A stretch of 64,000 nucleotides of DNA. It comes from Vulcanimicrobiota bacterium (GTDB lineage Bacteria; Vulcanimicrobiota; Vulcanimicrobiia; Vulcanimicrobiales; Vulcanimicrobiaceae). Numbering within the stretch: position 1 is the first letter of the stretch; the number at the start of each line of letters is the position of its first letter. The DNA is taken from contig CAVWMO010000004.1 of NCBI GenBank assembly GCA_963756165.1, positions 2,543 to 66,542 on the forward strand. The letters are read 5' to 3'. Shown piece after piece: positions 27,616 through 41,644 of this stretch. Under the pieces are notes generated by a model, which searched no databases, was not told the DNA's origin, and worked only from the letters and a program-made list of their open reading frames with translations. A program made the translations under genes and the position numbers.

Positions 27616-29281
27616 GTGGAGACTGCAGTAACGTTCGCGCGTGGCGCAGCGCCGCATCGTGCGTCTCGCCGGAGAGCATCCGCGCGATCTCGGCTTCGCG
27701 CTCCTTGGTGCCGCGCAGCTCGCGCACGCCGATCGTGGTGACACCCGCGCGTTCCGTTTTATCCAGAACGTAGTGACGGTCGGCCCAGGTCGCCAGCTGC
27801 GCGAGGTGCGTTACGCAGACGACTTGTTCGCGTCGCGCGAGCTCGCCGATACGCGCTCCGACCGCCATCGCGGTGGCGCCGCCGATCGCGGTGTCGATCT
27901 CGTCGAAAACCAGCACACTCCGTTCGTCTCGCGCACCGGAGAGAACGACGACGAGCGCGAGCAGTACGCGTGAGAGCTCGCCGCCCGACGCGACGCGCGC
28001 CAGCGGACGAGCCGGCTCGCCCGCATTGGCGGCGAAGAGAAACTCGACCCGCTCCGCGCCGCGCGGACCGATGCGCTCGAGCGGCTCGAACGCGATGTCG
28101 AACGAGCCCGAGCCGAGCGCAATGTCGCCGAACTCCGCGAGAACTCGCCTGCGCAGCGCCGCGGCGGCCTTCTTGCGCTGTCGGGTCAGCGACGCGGCGG
28201 CCGCCTCGAGCTCGCGTTGCGCGGCATCCGCGTGCGCGCGATGCTCGGCGATCGAGCGATCGCGGTTTTCGTACTCATCGATCGTTCGCCGCTGTCGCTG
28301 CGCGAGCTCGCCGAGCTCCGCGACGCCGCAGCCGTACTTGCGCTCCAGCCGATCGAGCGAGGCCAGCCGCGCGTTGATCGCCTCGAGCTCCGCCGGGTCG
28401 AACTCGGTAGCATCCGCCGCGCGCGCGATCTCGGCGGCGAGATCGCCTGCCTCGGCCTGCAGCGCCGCGGCACGCTGCGCCATCTCGCGCAGCGCCGAAT
28501 CGTAGCGTTCCACACTGCCGAGCGCGACGGCCGCCGCACCCAGACCCTCGAGCGCACCGTCGTCGTCGTTCGCGAGCGCCCCGCGTGCCGACTGCAGCGC
28601 AGTGGCGATCCGCTCGATGTTGTCGAGATATCGCCGCCGTTCGTCGAGGCGCTCCTCCTCGCCCGGCTGCAGCCGCGCCTCTTCAATCTCGCGCACGGTG
28701 AAGCACGCGTCGTCGTAACGCTCCCGCGCGCGGCGCTCGTCCTGCGCGAGCGCGGCCAGCGCCTCCGTGGCCGCCTCGAATCTCGCGTGGGCTCCGGCGA
28801 CGGCGGCGCGAGCGTTGATCGCGGGAACGCCGGCGAAACGATCGAGCAGGTCGAGATGGTAGGACGGCGAGAGCAGGCGCTGCGCCTCATGCTGCCCGAC
28901 GATCTCCGCGATAGCCTCGCCGATCTCGCGGACGTACGCCGCAGTCGCGGCGCGGCCGTTGACGCGCACGCTCGAGCGTCCCGCCTCCGTCATCTCGCGC
29001 GCGATGCTGCCCTGTTCACCCGCGTCGAGCTCGAAGCCGTCCGCATCGAGCCGCTCGCGCAGCGCATCGTCGGGATCGAACGCGAGCGTAACGACGGCGC
29101 GGCGCTCGCCGCGCCGAACAGCGTCGGCGCCGGCTCGCGCGCCCAGCGCGAAATCCAAGGCACCCAGCAGCATCGTCTTACCAGACCCCGTCTCGCCGGT
29201 GAAGATCGTTGCGCCCTCTGCCAATTCGACGTCGGCGCACGCGATCAGACCGTAGTTCGCGATCTCCAGTCGTCGGAGCAC
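27569..29281 (-). CDS. recN: DNA repair protein RecN.
   Basis: Reads (V)LRRLEIANYGLI..FTGETGSGKTMLLGAL.. then coiled coils ..ASGGELSRVLLAL..LVFDEIDTAIGG. The GTG start at 29281 abuts the nadK stop. Confidence 0.9.
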   Translation of the reverse strand: MLRRLEIANYGLIACADVELAEGATIFTGETGSGKTMLLGALDFALGARAGADAVRRGERRAVVTLAFDPDDALRERLDADGFELDAGEQGSIAREMTEAGRSSVRVNGRAATAAYVREIGEAIAEIVGQHEAQRLLSPSYHLDLLDRFAGVPAINARAAVAGAHARFEAATEALAALAQDERRARERYDDACFTVREIEEARLQPGEEERLDERRRYLDNIERIATALQSARGALANDDDGALEGLGAAAVALGSVERYDSALREMAQRAAALQAEAGDLAAEIARAADATEFDPAELEAINARLASLDRLERKYGCGVAELGELAQRQRRTIDEYENRDRSIAEHRAHADAAQRELEAAAASLTRQRKKAAAALRRRVLAEFGDIALGSGSFDIAFEPLERIGPRGAERVEFLFAANAGEPARPLARVASGGELSRVLLALVVVLSGARDERSVLVFDEIDTAIGGATAMAVGARIGELARREQVVCVTHLAQLATWADRHYVLDKTERAGVTTIGVRELRGTKEREAEIARMLSGETHDAALRHARTLLQSPLRESGRISSRERGRQ

Positions 29282-30117
29282 TATCGACGCGGGTCTTTGA
29301 TCGAGACGCCCCAGAGCATCTTCGCCTCGAGCCGCTCGAGGAAATGCAGCGGCGTCGTTCGAGCGAAGTGAATGCGTTTGGGGTGGCAGCGGATCACGAC
29401 GCTCGAATTCGGCGCAACCTCGGATAGAACGTCGCCATCGCACTCGAGATGCGCCTGCGCGCTCTCGGCGTCGGACGTGATCTCGATGCGGGACGTGATC
29501 GGTACGATCAAAGGGCGCGAGAAGAGCGTGTGCGCGAGGAGCGGGACGACCCCGAACGCCTCGACGCTCGGCGCGATCAGCGAGCCGCCCGCAGAGAGGA
29601 AGTACGCCGTCGATCCCGTCGGCGTTGCTACGCAGATCCCGTCGGCGGCGATCCGCGTTATCGCGCTGGTCTCGAAGCGCAGGCCGAACGGCACGATGCG
29701 CGAGACTTCACCCTTGCGCACGACGACGTCGTTCAGCGCGAAGAAGCGCTGCTCGCCATACTCGGCCTGCAGCGCGGTTCGCTCGTCCATGAAGAGGCCG
29801 CGCTCGACGAGCGCCGGAAGATCGGAGAGGCGCGGATCGTCCTCGTCGAGCTCCGTGAGAAAGCCCAGGCGTCCGGTATTGATGCCGAGCAGCGGAACGT
29901 CGTCGTCGACCGCTAGGCGGGCGGCTCGCAGCAGCGTTCCGTCGCCGCCCACCGTGATCAGGAGCGACACGCCCGTCGCGGGCTTTCCTTCGACGACCTC
30001 GAATCCCCCGGCGCGAAAGTCGGATGCGACGCGGCTAGCGATCGAGCGGGCGTGTTCGCGAGCCGTATCGACGTAGAGGCCGACGATCTTCTCTTTGATG
30101 GCCAGCAGCGTCGTCAT
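29281..30117 (-). CDS. nadK: NAD kinase.
   Basis: 278 aa with LLITVGGDGTLL and ..GINTGRLGFL... Confidence 0.9.
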   Translation of the reverse strand: MTTLLAIKEKIVGLYVDTAREHARSIASRVASDFRAGGFEVVEGKPATGVSLLITVGGDGTLLRAARLAVDDDVPLLGINTGRLGFLTELDEDDPRLSDLPALVERGLFMDERTALQAEYGEQRFFALNDVVVRKGEVSRIVPFGLRFETSAITRIAADGICVATPTGSTAYFLSAGGSLIAPSVEAFGVVPLLAHTLFSRPLIVPITSRIEITSDAESAQAHLECDGDVLSEVAPNSSVVIRCHPKRIHFARTTPLHFLERLEAKMLWGVSIKDPRR

Positions 30118-30899
30118 TGCGGGGTACCTTCGTCAAGCACCGCCTCGATTCGTGCGTCGTCGAACGGTGTACCGGTGCGCCGCAGCTCGATCAGGAACTC
30201 GCGATTGCCGGCGGGCCCGAGAAGCGGCGACGCCGCGAGCGCCACCGGCTGCAGGCCGAGAGCGAGCGCGGCTCCGCGTAACTCGCGCAGCACGGCGGCG
30301 TGCGTGGAGCGGTCGCGGACGACGCCGCCCGAGCCGACGCGTTTCCGGCCGGCCTCGAACTGCGGCTTGAGGAGCGCGACGATTGCCCCGTTCTCACGAA
30401 GATAGCTTACGGCTCGCGCTAAGATCGTCCGCAGCGAGATGAACGACGCGTCGATCGCGATGACGTCGAATCCGGACGAAAACGCGTCGTCGCCGAGCAG
30501 CCGGAAGTTAGTGCGTTCCATAACGCGAACGCGAGGGTCGTTGCGCAATCGCCAATCGAGCTGTCCGTATCCGACGTCGACGGAGGTAACGCTGCGTACG
30601 CCGTGCTGCAACAGGCAATCGGTGAAGCCTCCGGTGGAGGCGCCGACGTCGAGCGCATCGGCGCCGCGGACGTCGACGCCGAAGGCGATCAACCCGCGCT
30701 CGAGCTTCTCTCCGCCTCGGCTGACGAAGCGCCGCGGCTGAGCCACGACGATTCGTGCGTCCGGCGCGACGTTCTGGCCCGCCTTCGTGGCGACGACTCC
30801 GTCGACGCTGACGCGACCTTCCATGATGAGGCTGCGAGCCTGCGAGCGTGTGATGCTGTTGCGGTCGGCGACCGCGGAGTCCAGCCGGACGTTCATCAA
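30114..30899 (-). CDS. tlyA: TlyA-family rRNA 2'-O-methyltransferase (S4 plus FtsJ domains).
   Basis: Reads RLDSAVADRNSITRSQARSLIMEGRVSVDG..ALDVGASTGGFTDCLL. ATGA overlap with nadK. Confidence 0.85.
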   Translation of the reverse strand: MMNVRLDSAVADRNSITRSQARSLIMEGRVSVDGVVATKAGQNVAPDARIVVAQPRRFVSRGGEKLERGLIAFGVDVRGADALDVGASTGGFTDCLLQHGVRSVTSVDVGYGQLDWRLRNDPRVRVMERTNFRLLGDDAFSSGFDVIAIDASFISLRTILARAVSYLRENGAIVALLKPQFEAGRKRVGSGGVVRDRSTHAAVLRELRGAALALGLQPVALAASPLLGPAGNREFLIELRRTGTPFDDARIEAVLDEGTPQ

Positions 30900-30904
30900 C
30901 GCGC

Positions 30905-31123
30905 CTAAAACGGTATCTGCTCGTCCGGCTTAGTTTCCGCCATAGCCTCGTCGATCTGCGCCTGCCTGTTCTTGAGAAGCAGCTCGCACTCGCGGGTCAA
31001 AACCTTACCCTCTTTGAACAACGCGATCGCCCGATCGAGCTTGGTGTTTTCGTCTTCCAATTCTTTGACGATCGCATCGATACGCTCGAGTTTCGCTTCA
31101 AAATCGGGATTCGCGTCACTCAT
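30905..31123 (-). CDS. xseB: Exodeoxyribonuclease VII small subunit.
   Basis: 72 aa, reading ..FEAKLERIDAIVKELEDENTKLDRAIALFKEGKVLTRECE... Confidence 0.9.
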   Translation of the reverse strand: MSDANPDFEAKLERIDAIVKELEDENTKLDRAIALFKEGKVLTRECELLLKNRQAQIDEAMAETKPDEQIPF

Positions 31124-32400
31124 CTTCGAGAACCCCTTCGACGCTTGCAGCGAGCGTCCCGTGAAAGAGTCGCGCTTCGATTACGTCTCCGACCGACACT
31201 TCCGCGGCGTTGCGAAGCGTACGCCCAGCATGCGTGACGATCGCGTATCCCCGCTCGAGTGGACCCTCGGGATTCAAAGAGAGAAGCCGGCTGCGCGCCA
31301 GCATCAACGCGTTCGTTCGCTTCGAAAGGATCCGGTCGCGCGCCGCATCGAGCTTCAGGAAACTCGTCGCCAGGCGCGTTCTTCGCTCGGCAAGACGGTG
31401 GCTTGGATTGCGTCGCTCGATACGATTCTCTAACTGTAGCAGGCGCTCTCGCTGTTGAGAGATACGGCGATCGATGGCGCGCCGAAGACGTTGTTCGGCA
31501 GCGTCTCGATCGCGCGCAAGTCTAACGAGCTTCCTGTCGATCGCGTTGTAAAGCAGGCGCTTTTGGTGGGTGATTCGGGCGGTCACCTCGGCCCACGATC
31601 CGGCGATGTACTCCGCCGCCGCCGTGGGCGTCTTGAAAACGGCGTCAGCTGCTTCATCGGCGAGGTGGCGGTCACCGGTATGCCCGATCGCCGTCACGAC
31701 GGGGTGGCGGGCCCGGACGATCGCGCGCACGACCGCCTCCGTGTTGAATGGATAACGATCTTCGTAGGATCCGCCGCCCCGAACGACGACGATCGCGTCC
31801 ACTTTGGAGCGCGACGCGCGATCGATAGCCTCTGCGATGTCGATTTCGGCGCCGTCTCCTTGAACGCGGGTTTCGATGAAGGTGACGGCGACGTGAGGCG
31901 ACTTCTCGCGCAGCGTTGTCTCAAAGTCTTCGGCACCTTGACCGCGCGCCGAGACCAGCGCGACGCGATGAGGAAACCGGGAAACCTGCCGCTTACGTTC
32001 CCCATCGAAAAGGCCCTGGGCCTGGAGGCGCTTGCGTAGGGCTTCGACCTTCGCGGCGATTGCGCCGACCCCGAGCGGCGCGATGGCGACGACCCGCAAT
32101 TGATACTCACTGCTTTTTTCCCAGATGCCGATCGCGCCGGTCGCGACGACCGCAAGGCCGTCCTGGACCGGGGGGAACTTTCGGACTTCTTTCCAGCCTG
32201 CGAAGCATTTCAATATCGCGCGGCTGTCTTTCAGACTGAAGAAGACGTTGCCGCTCGGTTGCGGCTTCCAACCGGATATCTCACCCTCGATGGCGATGTG
32301 CGACAGCTCGGGGCGCCTCTCGAGCCAACGCTGGAGGCGCAACGAGAACTGCGAAACCGTGAGCTGGAGAATCTGCGGTTCGCGCTCGAAGAGCGCTTCT
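31116..32400 (-). CDS. xseA: Exodeoxyribonuclease VII large subunit (start codon unclear).
   Basis: Reads ..LTVSQFSLRLQRWLE..IAIEGEISGWKPQPSGNVFFSLKD..VVRGGGSYEDR..IGHTGD... The conserved N-terminus begins immediately after the PBP stop (32407). Confidence 0.85.
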
Positions 32401-32406
32401 CCGATT

Positions 32407-34528
<2,122 letters not shown>

Positions 34529-34899
34529 TCAGTACGCCGTTGACGAACCGGCCGGAGTCCTCGGTGGAGAAGCGTTTGGCCAGCTCGACCGCCTCGTTGA
34601 TCACAACCGCGGTCGGCGTTTCGGGGCGGCAGCGCAGTTCAATGTAGCCATCTCTAAGAGCAATCGGTCGATCGTCGGCAGGCGTTCGATCGTCCAACCT
34701 TCCAAGAGCGGGCTAACGATACGATCCGCTTTCGGAGCGAATTCGAGCGTGCCCAGCGTAAGTTCCTCGACGAACGCCCGCTCCTGACCCTCCTGGTTCT
34801 CGCCCACGACGTCGCGCAGCGCGTCGCCCGGCTCGCGATCCCCTACGACGACGGAATAAAGCACCTTGAGCGCCTGTTCGCGCGCGACGCGGCGGGAAC

Positions 34900-36243
<1,344 letters not shown>

Positions 36244-36252
36244 GCGCCGGTC

Positions 36253-36718
36253 CTACGCTCGCGCGATCGCGAAGAGCGGCTGTCCGTATTCGACCGGCGC
36301 CCCGTCCGAGGCCGAGATCGAAACGACGCGGCCCGGCGCCCATGCTATGAACGGGCGTGCGAATACCGAGCGCCTCGATATATCCGAGCTCGCGATCGCC
36401 CTCGACGAACTCGCCCTCCGCGGGGGCAGGACGGCTTGCGTGAAAGATTCCCACGAGATCGGCCTTGATCGTGTCGATGCGCGGCGGAAGCGCCGCGGCC
36501 GGCGCACGATCCGATGCCCGCGCGGCGGCGCCCGTCTTCGCAGCGCGACGCGCGACTTCGATCTCATCGTCCCCGACGCGCAATTCGACGCGAACGGCGT
36601 CGTCGCCGTCGAGAAATTGCGCGATCGCGCGCACTCGTTCCGCGAGGGAAGGGGTTCCTTGCTTCGGGCATGCCGGCAACGCTTTCGCTCCAAGGAGCAA
36701 CGGACCTGGCTTCGCCAT
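36253..36718 (-). pseudogene. accB: Biotin carboxyl carrier protein-like (AccB position), with one frame change and no biotinyl-lysine motif.
   Basis: Reads ..SLAERVRAIAQFLDGDDAVRVELRVGDDEIEV..IKADLVGIFHASRPAPAEGEFVEGDRELGYIEALGIRTPVHSMGAG | RVVSISASDGAPVEYGQPLFAIARA. The switch is at about 36330. EALGI stands where EAMKM is expected. Confidence 0.6.
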
Positions 36719-37149
36719 CGGGCAACGCGTCGCGCATCGCGGCGAAGCGTGCATCGATTTGGGCCAACGGAACCAAAACGAAGGCGCGCTCGCGCATGCG
36801 CGGGTGCGGAACGCGCAAGTCCGTCTTCGGCGACGTCGAGCTCGTCGTAGAGCAGCAATCGAGATCGATGACGCGCGGTCCCCAGCGTTCGCCGGGCGTG
36901 CGCCCCAGGCTCCTCTCCGAGGCTTGCAATGCGTCCAGAAGCTGATGCGGCGGAGCTGCGTCAGCAGCAGGGCGACCGCGTTGGCGAACGACGGCTGGTC
37001 CGTCTTGCCCACGGGCGCGGTGCGGTACGTCGACGATTTCGCAGCCAGCGTACCCAACTGACCGAGGGCCGCCAAGGCACGCTCGACGTTTTTGGCGCGG
37101 TCTCCGACGTTCGCTGCCGATGCCGATATAGGCTCGTGTGCTGCGTCAT
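36650..37149 (-). pseudogene. folK: HPPK (2-amino-4-hydroxy-6-hydroxymethyldihydropteridine pyrophosphokinase) FolK, disrupted by five frame changes. The 3' end is uncertain.
   Basis: Reads MTQHTSLY | IGIGS | NVGDRAKNVERALAALGQLGTLAAKSSTYRTAPVGKTDQPSFANAVALLLTQL | PHQLLDALQASERSLGRTPGERWGPRVIDLD | LLLYDELDVAEDGL | RVPHPRMRERAFVLVPLAQI. Switches are at about 37126, 37110, 36950, 36858 and 36818. The ATG at 37149 overlaps the folB stop. Confidence 0.7.
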
Positions 37150-37494
37150 CGCACGCGGCTCAGCGTGACGGAAGGCGTTGCGCCGTCGAGGATGCCCGGC
37201 TTGGCGATCGTGACCTCGGCGCGCGCTACCCTCGGATCCTCGAAGACCGCTGCGAGCAGATCGGCGGCGAGACGCTCGAGCAGCGAATACGACGTGCCTG
37301 CCACGATGCGCACGATCCGCGCGTGGAGCGCGGCATAGTCCATCGTGCGGCGCAGATCGTCGCTCGCCGAGGCATCCCGCAGGTCGAGCTCGGCGGATAT
37401 CGTGACGTCGAAAGGCTGCGCGTGCTCGCGCTCGGCGGCATCCGACGCCGTGCGTGCCGTACGCGCGTATGCCGTCCAGCCTTATCCGGTCCAT
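37146..37494 (-). CDS. folB: Dihydroneopterin aldolase FolB, with one frame change.
   Basis: Reads MDRIRLDGIRAYGTHGV | DAAEREHAQPFDVTISAELDLRDASASDDLRRTMDYAALHARIVRIVAGTSYSLLERLA..VTIAKPG... The switch is at about 37443. Confidence 0.8.
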
Positions 37495-38258
37495 CCGGTC
37501 GGCCTCCAATCGCGGACCACCGCATCCGCCACGGCGACCGCGTCGCGCGCCGCGGCGACGTCGTGCACGCGTACGATATCGATCCCGGCGCGCACGGCGA
37601 GCGCCGTCGCAGCGGCCGTCCCGTAGACGCGATCGGCAGGCTCTCGTCCCGTCAGCCTGCCGATCGTCGATTTGCGCGACGCTCCGAGCAACGTCGGGAA
37701 GCCGAGCGCGACGAGCCGGTCCAGCCCGCGCAAGACCGCGAGATTCTGGTCGGCGTTCTTACCGAATCCAATACCCGGATCGAGGACGATCGCCTCGCGC
37801 GCGACACCGCGCGCGACGGCGCTGCGAGCGCATCGTTCGAGAGAGCGCAGCACCGCGTCGACGACGTCACTCGTAGTGGTGCCCGTTTGGTTGTGCATCG
37901 CGACGATCGGCATCCCGAGCTCCGCGGCGACGTCCAACAGCGCGTCCGGTGCTCCCCAGACCGAGTTCAGGATGTCGGCTCCCGCCGCGTGCGCCGCGCG
38001 CGCCACCGCGGGTTTGTACGTGTCCACCGAGATCGGCATGTCCGGAAAACGTTCGCGCAGCGCCGCGACGACGGGGACGACGCGCGCAGCTTCGACGCGC
38101 TCCTCGACGGGCCGGTGCCCCGGCCGCGTCGATTCGCCGCCCACGTCGAGCAGGTCGGCTCCGGCGTCGGACTGCGCGACGGCGTGCGCCATCGCCGCGT
38201 TTGGATCCTCGAGACCGTCGCCGGAAAATGAATCCGGCGTCACGTTGACGATCGCCAT
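37482..38258 (-). CDS. folP: Dihydropteroate synthase FolP.
   Basis: 258 aa, reading MAIVNVTPDSFSGDG..LDVGGESTRPG..SVDTYK..LDPGIGFGK..LGASRKS. The frame is intact. Confidence 0.9.
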   Translation of the reverse strand: MAIVNVTPDSFSGDGLEDPNAAMAHAVAQSDAGADLLDVGGESTRPGHRPVEERVEAARVVPVVAALRERFPDMPISVDTYKPAVARAAHAAGADILNSVWGAPDALLDVAAELGMPIVAMHNQTGTTTSDVVDAVLRSLERCARSAVARGVAREAIVLDPGIGFGKNADQNLAVLRGLDRLVALGFPTLLGASRKSTIGRLTGREPADRVYGTAAATALAVRAGIDIVRVHDVAAARDAVAVADAVVRDWRPTGWTG

Positions 38259-39637
38259 GAAGTACGTCCGGAAGCCCCATCGGATGACCCGCGCCTCGTA
38301 CGCTCAGGGAACGCCGCCGGCGTCGGCACGTACCATTCGCGTAATCCAGCCACCACGAACGTCGATCCCGGTCACGACGACGACGTCGTCGATCGCCGCC
38401 ATGCGGCGTGCGACGGTCAGCGCTTCGATCGGATCGTCGATCGCGCGACCCCAGCCGCCGAGTGACTCGGCGAGCGTCGCCAGGTGCTGCGGGCGAATCG
38501 CCGCGCGCCCTCTCGCAGTGAACGACGTGAACGTAAACGTCGACGGTTACGGTCCCCAGGATCTCGACAATGCGTCGGGCGTCCTTGCTCTCGCCGATAG
38601 CGACCACGTAGTGAACGCGCCGGTTAGGGAACCACTCGCGCAGCGAGGCGACGAGCGACTCGGCTTTCTCCGCGTTGTGTGCGACGTCGAAGACGACCAT
38701 CGGACTCGTCCACACCAACTCCATCCGCCCCGGAATGCTCGATGTCGTTCAGCGCCGCTACGATCTCCTCCGGCCGCGGACGGAGCTCGTCGGCCAGTTG
38801 CTCCAGCACGGCTATAGCGGTGGCCGCGTTCGTGCGCTGGAACGCGCCGGCGACGGCCAGGCGGAGCCGATACGACCCGCGCGGCGTGAACACCGAGAGC
38901 ATCTGTGCGCCGCGTTCCTCCGTCCGTTCGCGCTCGACGCGCACGACTTGCGCCACATGCACGATTGGAGCTCCGACCCCGGAGGCATAGCGTTCGATCA
39001 CTTGCAGCGCCGCGGCCGGCATCGGCGCGAGAACCAGCGGCACGCGCGGCTTCGCGATGCCGGCCTTCTCGAAGGCGATGGCTTCGATCGTCTCCCCCAG
39101 CACGTCCGTGTGATCGTAACCGACCGACGTGATCGCCGCGACGACGGGCAGGATCACGTTAGTGCCGTCGAGCCGTCCGCCGAGACCGACCTCGATCACC
39201 GCCACGTCCACGCGCTCGTCGGCGAAGTACTTGAACGCCAGCGCCAGCAGGGTCTCGTAATAGGTCGGCCGGCCGTGTTGCGCCGCAGCGCGTGCGATCG
39301 CGGGAAGCATCTCGTCGAGCAGCACGGCGAAGCGTTCCGGCGGGATCGATGCGCCGTCGATGCGGGCGCGTTCGGTCATCGCGCCGAGGTGCGGCTTCGT
39401 GTGCAGTCCGGTACGTTTTCCAGCCGCATGCAACGCGCCGGCGATCATCGTCGCCGTCGAACCCTTGCCGCTCGTTCCTCCGACGTGGATCGTGGGATAC
39501 GCGCGATGCGGATCGCCGAGCTCGCTCAGCAACGCACGCATTCGATCGAGCTTGTACGACGTGCGGCGCGATACCGTCTCGTCGATGGTGTCGAACAGGT
39601 ACGTCTCCGCTTCGGCGTAGCTCGCGATGCGTCTCAT
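38240..39637 (-). pseudogene. folC: Folylpolyglutamate synthase / dihydrofolate synthase FolC, with three frame changes in the C-terminal third. The 3' end is uncertain.
   Basis: ORF 38624..39637 is intact and contains HVGGTSGKGST.. and VIEVGLGGRLDGTN... The sequence then reads ..ALNDIEHSG | RMELVWTSPMVVFDVAHNAEKAESL..ILGTVTVD | FTFTSFTARGRAAIRPQHLATLAESLGG..VVVVTG | STFVVAGLREW... Switches are at about 38728 (C4 run), 38540 and 38367. Confidence 0.75.
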
Positions 39638-40116
39638 CCGTCCGGTAACCGGTCGGCCAACAGCTCGAGCGCGTGCGGCAGCACCGGCAGTACGACGTCC
39701 AGCGTCTCCGCCACGGCCTTAGGACTGCCGGGGAGATTGATGATCAGCGTCCGGTCGCGAACGCCGGCGATCGCGCGCGAGAGCATCGCCGTGCGCGTGT
39801 ACTGTAGCGACGCGGCGCGAATCGCCTCGGCGATGCCCGGGATCTCGTAATCGAGGACGGCCGCCGTCGCCTGCGGCGTGAGATCGCGCGGCGAAAGACC
39901 CGTCCCGCCGCTGGTCAGCACGAGGTCTGCGGCGTGTGAATCTGCGATGTCGATGAGGTGCGCCTGCAGCGAGGCCGGATCGTCGGAGATGATGCTTTCG
40001 CGGACGACCGCATACGCGGGGCCGAGCCGTTCGCGCATGACCGGCATGCATTCGTCGGAGCGCTCTCCCGACGCGGCCCGGTCGGAGAGCACGATCAGCG
40101 CCGCCTTGAACGTCAT
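39634..40116 (-). CDS. mog: Molybdopterin adenylyltransferase MogA/MoaB-family protein.
   Basis: Reads MTFKAALIVLSDRAASGERSD..LVLTSGGTGLSPRDLTPQAT..LPGSPKAV. ATGA overlap with moaC. Confidence 0.85.
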   Translation of the reverse strand: MTFKAALIVLSDRAASGERSDECMPVMRERLGPAYAVVRESIISDDPASLQAHLIDIADSHAADLVLTSGGTGLSPRDLTPQATAAVLDYEIPGIAEAIRAASLQYTRTAMLSRAIAGVRDRTLIINLPGSPKAVAETLDVVLPVLPHALELLADRLPDG

Positions 40117-40622
40117 TGTCCCGCCTCGAAGGGCCCGGACTTGCCGCCGGTCTTGCGCAGCAAGCGCAGCGAGTCGATCGTGATGCCCTTGTCGAGCGCC
40201 TTGGTCATGTCGTAGATGGTAAGGGCCGCCACGGAAGCCGCCACCAGCGCTTCGAGCTCGACGCCGGTTCGCGCCGACGTGCGGGCCTCCGTTTCCACGC
40301 GAAGCGCGCCGTCGTCGCGCCACTCGAAGCGCACGTCGATTTTGTCCAGTGGGAGCGGATGCGCCAAGGGAATGAGCGTGGCCGTACGCTTTGCGGCCAT
40401 GATTCCCGCGATCTGGGCCGCGACGAGCGCGTCGCCCTTTCGCAGTGTCGCCTCGCGCAGCGCGCTCCGTGCCGCTGCGTTCATGCGGACGACGGCCTCC
40501 GCGCGTGCGAATCGAGACGTGACGCCCTTCGCCGAGATGTCGACCATCTCGACGCTCGCGTCCGCCGCGACGTGCGAAAGCTTCACCTCGGCGCGCTCTG
40601 AAACCGTGCCCAAATCAGACAC
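40113..40622 (-). CDS. moaC: Cyclic pyranopterin monophosphate synthase MoaC.
   Basis: 169 aa, reading ..MVDISAK..KGDALVAAQIAGIMAAKRT..IPLAHPLPL..GVELEALVAASVAALTIYDM... Confidence 0.9.
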   Translation of the reverse strand: MSDLGTVSERAEVKLSHVAADASVEMVDISAKGVTSRFARAEAVVRMNAAARSALREATLRKGDALVAAQIAGIMAAKRTATLIPLAHPLPLDKIDVRFEWRDDGALRVETEARTSARTGVELEALVAASVAALTIYDMTKALDKGITIDSLRLLRKTGGKSGPFEAGQ

Positions 40623-40771
40623 AGCAGCGCGAGCACCCAGAGAACGACGAGGTGCGTGATGTGGTGCGCGTGTTGCGCACCGGACTGCGTGAAGAAATTG
40701 ATCTTCCCCATGCCGTAGAGAATCCCGAGGACGAAGAAGATGATCGCCAAGACAACCGCGATGACTCTCAT
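40583..40771 (-). CDS. Hypothetical small membrane protein (two predicted TM helices).
   Basis: 62 aa, reading MRVIAVVLAIIFFVLGILYGMGKINFF..HLVVLWVLALLCLIW. The ATG at 40771 overlaps the uppP stop (ATGA). Confidence 0.45.
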   Translation of the reverse strand: MRVIAVVLAIIFFVLGILYGMGKINFFTQSGAQHAHHITHLVVLWVLALLCLIWARFQSAPR

Positions 40772-41628
40772 GTGATAATTCCCTCGCGTGCGAGAATGAG
40801 GCAGATTGCGCCGACGACCACGCAGTACCAGCCGAACGGGCGCAGATCGTTCGACCGAAAGTAGCGCGTCAAGAAGGCCACCGAAAGATATGCGGCGACG
40901 CCGGCCGCAATTCCGCCGACGGCGGCCTGGACGAGCACGACGTGCGCGGCCGGCACGAACAGCTTCGGCATCTCGAGCAGCGCGGCGGCCAGAATTACCG
41001 GCGTCGCCAACAGGAACGAAAAGCGCGCGGCGTCCTCGTGGTCGAGGTCGCAGAGCAGCCCCGCGACCATCGAGATTCCGGACCGCGAGATCCCGGGCAG
41101 CAGCGCGAGCGCTTGGGCGGCGCCGACGGCGAGGCCGCCGGCGTAGCTCAGCCGCTCGATCGGCTTGTCGCGCCGCCCGGCGGTTCGGCGCTGATGCCGC
41201 CGCAGCGCCTCGCCCGCAAACATCACGAGGCCGTTGACGATGAGGAAGGACGCCGCCGGTGCCGGCGAGCCGAACAACCGTCGCACCGGAACCTCGAAGA
41301 CGAAGCCCAGGATGCCGACCGGAATGGTGGCGACGACGAGCCGCCAGCCGATGCGCTCGTCCCGGTCGTCGCTCAGGCGCCCGCGAACGACGCTCTTCAC
41401 GAGCGCGCGCACGATCGCATACCATTCCGAGCGGTAAAAGACGATCAGTGCCAGCGCGGTGCCGAGGTGCAACACGACGACGAACGCGAGGAATGATGCG
41501 CTGGCGCGATCCACGTTATGCCAGCCGAGTACGGCCGGGATCAAAATCGTGTGCCCGAGGCTGGAAACGGGGAACAGTTCGCTCACGCCCTGGAGCAGCG
41601 CGAGAACGAGGGCCTGAAAGAACGTCAC
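40768..41628 (-). CDS. uppP: Undecaprenyl-diphosphate phosphatase UppP (BacA).
   Basis: 286 aa, reading MTFFQALVLALLQGVSELFPVSSLGHTIL..PGISRSGISM... Confidence 0.9.
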   Translation of the reverse strand: MTFFQALVLALLQGVSELFPVSSLGHTILIPAVLGWHNVDRASASFLAFVVVLHLGTALALIVFYRSEWYAIVRALVKSVVRGRLSDDRDERIGWRLVVATIPVGILGFVFEVPVRRLFGSPAPAASFLIVNGLVMFAGEALRRHQRRTAGRRDKPIERLSYAGGLAVGAAQALALLPGISRSGISMVAGLLCDLDHEDAARFSFLLATPVILAAALLEMPKLFVPAAHVVLVQAAVGGIAAGVAAYLSVAFLTRYFRSNDLRPFGWYCVVVGAICLILAREGIIT

Positions 41629-41644
41629 GTGTATCGAGCGGCCT

